Shown here: one piece after another, positions 23,347-34,156 of the stretch
Numbering within the stretch: position 1 is the stretch's first letter
How the letters are laid out: each line of letters begins with the position of its first letter
Made by a program: the position numbers and the translations under genes
From: Peribolospora baueri
Lineage: Eukaryota
Length of the DNA: 64,000 bases
Reading direction: 5' to 3'
Assembly: GCA_029717555.1 (NCBI GenBank)
Contig: JAMDHS010000005.1
Span: forward strand, 124,001 to 188,000
Notes under the pieces: model-generated
What the model was told of the DNA's origin: nothing
The model's input: only the letters and a program-made list of their open reading frames with translations
Database searches by the model: none

Positions 23347-25760
23347 ATGGAGCACGAGTCGCATCTCAACAAGGTGGGTCCTCTTGCACTCAAACGGGGA
23401 CTGCACAGAGGCAGAGGGCCAATGCTTTCGAGGACATGTCGCTCAACCCCTCTCCATCCCCACAGGCGCACGCCTTCGCCAACGCCGCAGACGACTTTGA
23501 GGACCGCGAGATGTGGCAGAAAGCCATGGAGGCCCATTACCTCGCCAGCGAGAACTTCATGCTTGCCGTGGGTGCGTGCCGCATGTGGCCGGTTCCAGTC
23601 TCTTTGCGAGGTGGCGTCCACGAGCGTTTCTTCGAACGGTGCTGACCTCGTTGCCCCTGACGGACTGGCCGACACGCCGGCAGACTCCACGCCTGATCCG
23701 CAGGCGAGTCGGCGTTGTCCCCATTGCAGACAGAGGGCTCGGGCGACGTTTTTACGGTGCAATGAGTTTATATTGTTTATCCCTCTCTCGCGTCGGCGCA
23801 TCTCTTCAGGCGACCCGCACTCTCAAGCTTCTCTACGCGAACCACACACGGCGCGGAAAAGAACTCCAGCGCAAGCTCGCCCGCGCTCGTCCTGACGGCT
23901 CCTCTTCCTCTCATCCCGCTCGGGGGAGCTTGGCGTCTCACAACACTGGGCCGACGCCTGCCGATAAGAAGCTGTCGACGTCTGGGAAAAGACATGGGCA
24001 GCTGACGAGGGTCACCAGACCTGCTTCTTCCAGTAGTGGTCAACCCACGCGAGGGAGTCTGAGACAAACGCCGGGAGGGGGAAGAGGGACTGGAAGTGGC
24101 GGCAGCGGTGGCGGTGTCTGGGCGAGTCCCGTTAGGTCGGTCAATCAGGCGCCCGTGTCCCCAGGTATGGACCGCCCGTTTCATTATTGCCCGTGCCATG
24201 TTCGCCGGTCACTTCTAGTTTCTGACTGAAGGGCTGGACGGATTCCTTTGCATTAGTCTTCCGTTCCAACTCCCCCTCGCCGACCACTCCCTTCAGGTCC
24301 CATCCCTCACAATCTTCATCCGCCTCCCTTCACGATTCCTCCTCATCCGATCGGATGATAGACGAGTCGTATGTTCTCCCAAAGGCCAACGTGAGTACAG
24401 TTGTCGCGCCCAAACGCATTTCTCATCTCTCCGAAATTGGGGGAGACTGACGAAATTTGTACTGCACACCGTCCAGTACGACCCGTCAGATCCTTTCAAC
24501 CGATTTTGGGCAGTGGTGGAAGGCATGATGGAGGAGATCAGCAACCCGGTAGCGTTCGCAACAGCTCCCTTGGACGGCGCCAACGCCCCTCCGACGCAGG
24601 TGTCTGGGCAGGAGAAGGATGCTGGATCGTCGAAGAGGGAGGGCAAGCAGAGTCACGTTGGACCTGATGGTGAGTGTCAGCCTGAACCTTGATCATGTCA
24701 TGTTAGACGAGTTTTCTTCACAGCGTCGTTTCCTCCCAATTTATCGCTCGCGTACTTAGACCCATACCCGGCCCCAGAGAAGGCGGGCGCCGCCGGAGCG
24801 ACCATAGCAGACTCTTTCTACGTCATCCCCTCCAACCCCAACCCTTCGCGCTCCTCCAACTTCGCCACGCCTCGGCACTCCCTCGCCAGCGTCGGCGAGC
24901 CGGCGTTTTTGAAGAGTGCCGCCGGGTCGGCGCGGGCGGCCGTCGGCGGCGCTGCGCAAGGGAGCAGTGGGTGAGTTGTTTGCGAAAAGGAGTTGGCACC
25001 AGGCCGCCCTCTCGCTCTGGATGGTCACTGACGCACGCTGTCTCTCCCGTCCTCCTGCCTCAGCAGCAAAACCCTCGAAGAGCTCTCTCTCGAAAACGCC
25101 TCCCTAAAAGCCTCGTTGGACGCGACGTCTAAGCGTCTAGAAGCGTACGAGAAGGCTGCCACGCTCCGCCAGCGGGAGAGCGAGGCGATGAAAGCGAGTA
25201 TCGCGCACTTCCGCGAGGGGATTACGAGGGAGGCTAGGAAGGTTTTGGAGAGTCAGGAAGTTATGAGGAGGGCTACCGGCGGGACTTTCAGTCCCGACAG
25301 TTCGAGTAGTGGTGAGTGAAGGGATCAGCCGGAGTTTTGTCCTTTGCTTTGTTTCTTTTAGTCATTGCACCCCAAGTAAAAACAGATGCTGACATGTATA
25401 TCACTCTTCCTTCCCTGTCGTCTGCTCAGGTATGCAGCAGAAGCGTGTCCAGGAGCTTGAAGCGGAGCTGGCGACAGTCAAAGCTGAGAATGAGAGGCAG
25501 GTGAGTACGTCGTCGCTGCTGCTCCTATTGCTACCGCCGATTCTCTTTCTCGATTTGTCAGTCTGGCATGTGAAACCGAGTTAACAGGCCCCATCGACAT
25601 TTCCTCGCCCTTCCCTCCTCTATCATGGTCCTGCAGAAAGCGCTACTGCAGAAATACCGCGAGCGATGGGAGAAGCTCAAAGAGTCCGCCCGCAAGCGGC
25701 GCTCATCTCGGGTGGGCGATGGCCTCGCGGCAGCGGGTGGAACGGAGCCTGCCATTGCAG

Positions 25761-25801
<41 letters not shown>

Positions 25802-26203
25802 AAGGCCTCTATCGGGTCTTCAGGGAGGTCGCCGTCGCCGCGGAAGGGGGCGGCGTCTACGTCCACTGACGCTCCGACAAGGCTCGGGCAATCGCCCTTG
25901 TCTTCGCCGACGCTCACCGACCCTGCGTCCGCCTCCCGTCTCTCCTCGGCAATCGGCGCGACGGATGCTCCGTTTGCCGCGTCTCCAGTCCCTTCCTCTT
26001 CTCCTCCATCGACATCGCCTTTCCGAGGTCGCGCGGCCATGGCTACCGGCACTGGCGCTGCTGCCGCTTCCGCTTCCCCGACGACAGTGCGCAAGGGAAG
26101 CGTCACTGCGGCGCTCGCTTCCAAAGTCGCGAGGACAGGTTCGCCGGCTGCCATGATGGGAGGAGGGGAAGGGGCATCGGGAGGAGTGGGTGAAGGGAAG
26201 TGA
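23347..26203 (+). CDS. ATG38: Atg38/NRBF2-like protein (MIT-like N-terminus, C-terminal coiled coil)
   Basis: HLNK|AHAFANAADD..AMEAHYLASENF..STPDPQ|ATRTLKLLYANH; PFNRFWAVVEGMMEEISNPVAFATAPL; DSFYVIP; KTLEELSLENASLK; KYRERWEKLKESARKRR. About 10 exons. Confidence 0.7.
25762..25802 (+). repeat. (GAGCAG)n coding hexanucleotide repeat (Glu-Gln)
   Basis: About 6.5 perfect units encoding EQEQEQEQEQEQE in the ATG38-like last exon. Confidence 0.95.
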
Positions 26204-27455
26204 CGGGGCATCCCTCCATCGCGGGCGAGATTGGGAACAAAGTCGACGATTGTAGTCCACCGACGTGCACAACCGTTCTTGATGATTTAAACTTTCTTTA
26301 CGTGCGCTCTGTGTCTACATGTTGTTTTAGGTGGATGACGTCGATTGCGGGTGAAGCTAGCCCTCCCGCCTTTACTAAGAATGAACGTGGACTGTGATCC
26401 GTACCGTAATGGGAGTAACGCGAATGGCCACCTGCTCGGATATCCTTCATCCGCGGTGAATACCATGCCAACACGCAGTGCAAGCCCAGCAAGCGCCTGC
26501 AAGACGCTCTCAGGCGACCAGCTACCGTTCCATAAACCTGAGAGGTAACCGCTGGCGTCGCCGCCTCCGACGACCTCACGATACCCAGGCACGAAACATC
26601 TCACCCTGCAACGCCCATGCCATAACTCCAGCATCCATCTGACACGGCTCGTCAAGTGTGCAATCGTCTCACAAGGCCACCGCCCACCGCATCTTCCTCG
26701 CACTCAACTCTGATCTGCTCCATCGGATCTTTGAGTAAAAACTCGTGGAACGTTACCTCGATCGTCCATTCGTTGCGCACTGAAATAAGCAACTCGCTTG
26801 CGCTTGGGCAAAATCCAAATGCTCCAGCAGCGCTGATGACAGAAGGAGTGAGAGGCCAATACGGAGACGGCAGAAGGGAGCAACCACGATGAAGATGAAT
26901 GCATGAACGGGCCGCCTTCCTTCACTCGGAACGCGCTTAGTCAACAGGGCCAACTACACAAGCTGTCTGTTCGAACCGAAAAACGTGACTTCCTGTGAAG
27001 CCTGATGGGCATGATCCAGGGGATTCGGCAATAGTAGCGTCCCTCGAGTACGAGTGCTCATAGTATGTAAGCTGTTACCACTCATCTGGTCGGCGACGTC
27101 GGCGTCCGCCGACTTCGGTTCCGCTCCTAGTGTGGGGACCCGCACCCAAAAATTCTGACTGGCACGAGGGAGAAGACGCCGGCGGTGGTTACATCTTCAC
27201 GTTCATCCATCCCTCCATCCATCTATCAGACGCCGCCGAAGCAGGACGTAAAAGGAGTCTTCAACGCTTCTTCCTCTGCAAACTTCCTTCGCGACCACTG
27301 GCTTCGTTCCCTTCCTGGATCACAAGCTCTCATCCACCCGCCTCGTCGCACGCAGCTGCCACGTGCTATTCCGATCGAGGGAACTTCCCGTCAACCACGC
27401 GAACTCGACGATATCCAACTTTCTTCGAACAGGCAGAACGGAGCGCTGAGGAAAG

Positions 27456-29287
27456 ATGAGAGTCCAGATAGCTACGTGAGTGCTGAGCAGACCTTGTCTG
27501 CCCTGGCCATGACATGGATCGGTTGGAGCACAGAGCGTCCAAACCCTGTGCGTGTATTCACGCCTGTTCGCTCTCGTGCTTTGCGACCATCGATGTGCTG
27601 GCCGCGACAAAATAAATGTTTTATGCTGCCCAGGGTGAGCACTGCCATGCTCTGCAATCGAATTTTACCAGTAGATAACCCAACCCGGGCCGCTGATCTC
27701 CTGCTCGCCCGTCCCCATTCCCGCGGTCCTTAGTACAACTGCAACATGCAGGGCTCCATTCGAGAGCCGATCGACATGGCGAATTGGCTCATCCCCGCCT
27801 TGACAAACGCTGAGAGCCGTACGAGTGACGCACCTGACTTTTATGCTAGTGAGTAGCGGCTTGGCTCTCAGTAAGAAGAGTTGTGAACCGTGGCGGACGC
27901 GCTCGTGCCTCACACAAGTCTGTTCCACGCTCGCTCATTGGCACTCATCTCCGTCTCAGTTGGCTTCCAGGAGTTCCTCCCGCTTCGCCTCGGTCTCCTC
28001 GACATGTCGCCTGAGTACTTAGCCCAGAAGGACTCGGAGATCCGCGCGACCATCGCTCGTAACGCTTCAATCGCCTCCGGCATCGCCAACGCTGGCAAGG
28101 GCGACGGCACAGAGTCTTACACGCTCGTCGCGCGCCACGCGCTTGCTGGAATCGCATTGCTCGTCTACGCTCGCGATCGGACAGTCGCGGCCAGGGTTAG
28201 GGAAGTGAGGACTGCGAATGTTGGGACGGGCGTGTTCGGCGTGATGGGTAACAAGGGCGCCGTGGGCATCAGGGTGGTGTTGGACGGAGAGGGAGAAGGA
28301 GAGAAGAAACGCCCAGATGAAGTGCTCACCTTCGTCACCGCCCACCTTGCTGCTCACGACCACAACGTGCTCAGGCGCAACGCCGACTGGGCGTCGATCG
28401 TCTCGCGCCTTATCTTCGAGCCTTCTTCCGCTCAGCTCAAGTTCTCCGCCGCAGGCGATACGAGCCTAGAGAAGTACAGCATCTACGACACGAGCCACCT
28501 GTTCGTGTTCGGCGATCTCAACTATCGGCTCGCCCTTGGCCCATCTCCTTCCTACCCGTTCGAGCCGGCGTCGGCCGCCACTCCTCGAGCGCTGACGAAG
28601 AAGGATCTTCTCGCCCAGCTCGCCTCCTCGTCTTATTCCCCGCTCCTTCCCCACGACCAACTCTCCCAACAGCAGCGCCTCGGCTTGACGCTGCATTTCC
28701 TTTCCGAGGGCGACTTTGCCAGCTTCCGTCCCACGTACAAGTACAAGGTCGGCGCCGACCCGGCTCAGATGAGCAGCAAGCGCATCCCCGGCTGGACGGA
28801 CCGGGTTCTGTTCGCCAGTTGGGCAGATGGGGAGGACGCCGGGAAGAGGAAGGACGGTACCGGGTGGATCGGGGGAGAGAAGGGCAGTGGGGTGACGGTG
28901 GAGCTGTACAGAAGCGTGATGGAGTACAACCAGTCGGATCACAAACCCGTCACCGCCATTCTCTCTCTTCCCTCTCCCCCTCTCGATCCTTCTTCTCCCT
29001 CTTCGCCCGCCACTCTCCGTCTGCCCCACGCGGCACCCTTCGCCGCGGACCCGGCGCGCCGAACGAAGGCTCAGGCGGGCAAGGCGCTCAACGTGCTGTT
29101 CGGCTCGCTCTGGCTGGCCATCTTCAACGCCGGAGGAGGCAACATCCTCGTCGGGCTCGCTCAGCTCGCAGCGCTCGTCGTCACCGTCTGGTGGTACCTC
29201 AACAACGCCGGCCAGGGCGGGCCTCTTGCTGCGGGCGCCTGGGAGGAGATCAGCGGAGGCTTGCGGGGCCTGCTTGGTTGGGCTTGA
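27456..29287 (+). CDS. Inositol polyphosphate 5-phosphatase with C-terminal membrane anchor (Inp54-like)
   Basis: MRVQIAT|YNCN..APDFYA|IGFQE, GNKGAVGIR, FVTAHLAAH, FVFGDLNYR, PTYKY, RIPGWTDRVLF, SDHKPV and a hydrophobic C-terminus. Exons 27456-27475, 27634 (1 nt, inferred), 27734-27848 and 27960-29287. Confidence 0.92.
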
Positions 29288-29922
29288 TTTTAAACCGGCA
29301 GCAGCGCCCGGATGTGTCGGGGCCCGAGGCGGAGGGTTGGGACATTGCTGCTTTCCTTTTTGCTTCCATGGTCGACTTCAAACGGAGTTTTAGGAAAGGA
29401 AGAGGTGGTCTACCCAACTGGGCGGGCCCCAACGGAGAGGCGTGGCGCGCGGCCTCAGTCGTTCTCGAGATTCGATGTACGCTTCTAGAATGGAATGGAT
29501 CGTGGATCTCCGACGCCCTGCCTGCCTGCCTGGCTTCGCTGCGTCTTCGACACGATATTACAACCAAAGTTGACAAATGCTACGGTGACATGTGAGAATT
29601 GCATTGCACTTTTTATCTACTTCGTGCGGAAGAGCGAACGACGAACAGAAAAAAAAAAAGGAGTGTCGGTGGAACTGAAGCGCTACGCGATTGAAGAGAA
29701 ATGGAAAATAGCGGGAGATGAAACGAGCGTTGTGCCGGTTAAGAATTGCTGTGACAGGTAAAACAAACGCTGAATGAAAACCGGGGCGGTGTCAGGAGAC
29801 AAGCATGAATGAGTAAAGAAGAAACCGGGAAGAGATGCATGTGTCCAAGTCCAGAGACGGCGCCGTCTAATGGATCCGGCCATCCTTGCAAAGATTGTTC
29901 ATGAAGGGGATCACGGTCGACG

Positions 29923-32900
29923 TCACCCGTTCGCAGCGCCGGCTCGTGTCTGTCGCTCCACACCCGTCCGTCCCGTCTTTTGCGTAAGCGCCTCCGGATC
30001 CGCACGCTCGCGCTTGCCCTCGGTCTCGGTCTCGGAGACGAGCGGTTGCGGCACCGCCTCTTCCTCCTTTATCCGCTGAAGGCGGGCTAGCTCCTTTGCG
30101 AATCTGGATTTTGAACGGATGGTCGGGCCGAAGGCGAAGAGCAGGAAGGGAACCTGCGTGTCCCGGCGGGTCGGTGGAGGGAGCAGAGAATGGATGAGCG
30201 ATGAAGAAATCCTCAGGCGTATAGGTGCGTAGGAGTCGCTCACGATGCCCAACAATGCGGCGAGAAAGCCACAAAGGGTGGACGCCCAGTGGTAGTCCAG
30301 CCGAACGTACACTTGGCAGGAGAAATAAAAGGCAGGCGGGCGATGAGCACGAGCCTCACGCTCAGTCTTCCTACGAAAATGCCACACTCTGCTCACTCTG
30401 GGTCGCAAATAGGGGGAAGATGGCGCCAAACAAGTTTCGCAAGAACGACTGTGCGGCGATGGCCGACGAGGCGTAGAGCATGTAGGAGTCGGCTGGACAT
30501 GGCAGATCGGGTGGACGGTCAGCGTTCCAAGTCAATGGGTATCTGACGGGTGGGAGCTGGCAGCGTACCCAAGTATATGAACACGCAGAGGTATATGTGC
30601 CAGATTGCGAACTGGAGTGACAAGTAAAAAAAAAGTCAGTAAAACTCACCGTTTGATCAGGGATGGGTGCGAGAGCTCGCTCACCATCACGACCGTCACA
30701 GCGACCAAGGGGGCCCAGTATGAAATATGGCTGTAACTCGTCCAAGCATCTGGGAAAAGCGAGAAAGACAGTCCAATCCGGCTGAGCGACGTGTTCGTCA
30801 GGCGTACAGACGAGCGTCGAGCGTCCCGTAAACTCACAGATGAAGCACCCTGGAAGGGCGAAGGAATATGAGAAAAGCGGCGCAGCTCTTCAGCGATAAA
30901 GATTCCCAACGGGCGGCAAGGGGAGAAGCGAGAGACAGTGGACTCACCGGCGGGGAACAATACGGCGGCAACCATAGCAGAGTAGAGCCTCGCCTCGGGC
31001 CCGCGCTTGCCGACGTTCCTGATGTACATGCGCTCCTGCAGCGGGTTGCTGAGAGCGCCAAGGATGGCGCCCACGGAGAGGGTGAGAAAGGCGAGGCCGG
31101 TAGTGCCGCTGTTGAAGCCGTGCAGGCCTTCGAAGATGAGAGGGATGGACTGAATGGCCATATGGCAGTCGCGCAAAGATTGAGTACGACATGAGGAACA
31201 AGATGGGCAAAGACGAGCAGACACGGGAAACGGTACCGGAAGACTGGAAGGCGCACCTCAAGGAGAAGGTACATGAACCCCCAAGCAAAGGAGATCCACA
31301 GGGAGAACGACGTGACAATTGGCTCGGTGAGCAGAAGCCCTGAATGAAAATGGATGGTCAAAAGCGGGGGTGGTACGACGCTGAGCTTCTGCGGGACGGG
31401 TAGGGTCCGCCTTTGACGGGGGGAAGAAAGGCTCACTCACACATCGGCCTGGTGCAACTGATCCGGATGAGGGTGATCAAGCTCGCTCTCTCCTCGTCGG
31501 CCCTTGCCCAGTACCTCAAGTCTCCCGTCTCCTTTCTCAGTTTCTTGGCCCTGCGACTGAGGATGACGGAGCCGCGGGTCTCGCGGAGGAAGATGGCGAT
31601 GAGGATACCGATGGCCCCAACGTAGATCAGCTGGAGCCACTGCGCCCATCTCCACTGGAGATGGCTGTTCTGCTGTACCCATCCCATGCAAGCGGGGCCG
31701 AGGCCAGTGGCAACGATGGCGACTGTGGAGAACACGGCCATCGGTATGCCGCGCCTGTGTGAGATGGGGTGGAGTGAAACCGAGGAAGGCAGTTCGGGTT
31801 AGTTTGAAATCCTGCTCCAACGTCATCTGGATCAACAAACGCAGCGCTCGCCTTCGACTTACTCGTGGCTCTTCCATATGTCAGCGATCGTACCGCCGAC
31901 CATGGTGCTGCCCGTGCTGCCAAAGGCACCGGCGATGAATCGGCACACGAGGACGGTGGTGATGTTCTTGGCGAGCGCGACGGGGAGGAAGAAGACTGCG
32001 TGCGAAGATGGGGACCAATGAGGCCATCTTGGATTTAGCTCGCGCGGGTAGACTTTGGATAGCAGCTTCCAAAAGGCGTCCCAAGACAACGAGCAGGAGA
32101 CGACGGTGAACTCACGCCAATAAAAGAAATACGTGACCAGGTAAACTGGGTTCCTCCCAACTGCCTCGGAGAAAGGTGCCAAGACGAGAGGCGGAAGGGC
32201 GAATCCTAGGGCGTACCTTGCGTCGGAGAAAACGGACGATGCGCACACACCATAAGCACTCGCCCATCGCTGCCGCATCTTCTCTTCCGCGCACTCACAA
32301 GGACACGCCGAGCAAGCTAAGCTCGTGGCTGTTGCCAAGGTCCCTCTCCATGCTCGGGATGCCGGGGACAAAGGCGCTGGCGGTGAAGGCAACCTCTCCT
32401 GTAAACCAGACAGTGAGGATGGTGACTATCCATTTCTTCGATTTAGGCCTGTGAGGATATGGGAACGACGGAGAACGGGCGTCAGAGAACCGAACGAGGC
32501 TGGTGCTACTTCGGACCGCGCGCTCACCAGAGATATGGATCTTCCGGATCGTCTTCCTGAAATTCGACCCAAATGACGTCGGCCGAACGCGAACTGTCGG
32601 GCGAAGACTCGGGACTCAGTTTTTGCGCCGCCTTGTCCCCCTTGGTCAATCCAACCTCCGCAGTGGCCTCCGCCGCGGAGGGCTGGAAGGAATCCTTCTC
32701 TCCTAGCAGCAGCTTCTCATCGGCGTGCCGACGGCGCTCGTGCTCGCGCTCGCGCTCTAGCTTATCCCGCTCGATCCTCAAGTCGCGTCTTCGCTCCTCG
32801 GCAGAGACGCGGGGATCGCCAGGCTCGACGTCTTCGTAGCGGGGATGGGGATTGTAATACGGCGTGCTAGGAGCGCCTAGCGGCGGCGGGGAGTGAGCTG

Positions 32901-32967
32901 GCTCGTGCGATAAGGAGCGGCGAGGGATGGAGGGGCCGGCGGCTTGTGGATCGGCGGGGTCGGACAT
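29923..32967 (-). CDS. MFS transporter, DHA1 (polyamine/multidrug) family
   Basis: WVEFQEDDPEDPYLW, LAPFSEAVGRNPVY, RFIAGAFGS..VGGTIADIW, LRETR, TRPMWLLTEPIV, PEARL, YASSAIAAQSFLRNLFGAIFPLF, GPTIRSKSRF. About 12 exons, including a 12-nt exon at ~30838-30849. Confidence 0.93.
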
Positions 32968-34156
32968 GGCATTCGGCGGCGAGGTCGGGTATGAATGGGA
33001 GGTTCGCAGAAGCTATCCAAGGGTATGCGGACGTTCTGTTCCTCGCCCAGAAGAGCGCGGAGGAGAAGGATGGGGAGGGGAGGGAAGAGAGGAAGGAATA
33101 AGGAACGACGAGTGGACGGTCGCACGCGGGGACCCCGGCTGGACTCTTAAGGCGAGCCGCGGGGGCAAAGGGAGATGGAGTGAGTGGAGGGCGGGGACGA
33201 AGAGCAGAAAAACGGGAAGGCGGCCTTATTTCTATTGAGGGTGATGACTGGCGACGCCTTCGTGTTCAGATCCTGTCAGTCAAGTCAAGTCAGTCCAGTC
33301 CATCAGCCTCTGCTTGGCGGCCGGCGACATGAACGCCGATCGGCGAGTGTGCGCACGCTCTGCTCTGCATGTGCCAACACAACCACAGGACGGTTGAAGA
33401 CGAATGAGGATGAGGAGAAGCGAAGAAGCGATCCTCCTGGTCGATACAATCCATCTACGCTTTCGATCGTACTCCTCTGCCGGACAGAGATTGCGCGAGC
33501 TCCACATCCGAGCCGGTGTCGGTCGAACGAGCGTTCGTTCGCATTCCTCTTCGTCCACAAAAAAACGCAGGCACGCATGAGCGGCGAAGGTGGAGGCGGA
33601 AAAGACCGTCATATCCGAACAACGACGCGCCCCTGCCGAAATGCCGCGCTCGCCCACGCATGTGACTGACTGAACCAGCCCACTGGAGAGACGAGCGCAA
33701 AGACAAAGAGGGAGCGAGGAAAATAGGAAAAAGAGTTAAGCGAGGAGGGCGAGGCGACTCCGCTTTCGGCACCAAACCGGTCCGCCCCCATTACAACCCG
33801 CTGATAATCCCCACACAACCATGCAATAACACCTGACAGCTCTTATCAAAGAATCTGGCCCCGTCTCTCAGACAAGAGGGAGATTACGAAGGCACGCTTT
33901 GACGGCGGACAATCGATCGCCCCAAGTCTTCGAGCGCGAACTTCCATGTCTGCCCTTCTTTTTGTGACAACCACCAGATAGGCAACCAAGCAGGGATGAG
34001 ACGAACATAATGCAGTTCTGCATGTAATGTAACCGTACGTGCTAACGAAGAATCCAGACAGCCCTGGAGCCGACTCTGACGAACAAACGAACCACCGTCC
34101 GCAGGAGGAAAATTGGAAATTCGGCAACGACCTATACGCAAACACACATGTGCTCC

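Noticed and set aside
26201..26290. TGA-CGG readthrough context after ATG38-like; cryptic PTS1 by readthrough
   Set aside because: The extension ends ..PFLMI*, which is not a PTS1. None of the TGA stops inspected has the TGA-CTA context.
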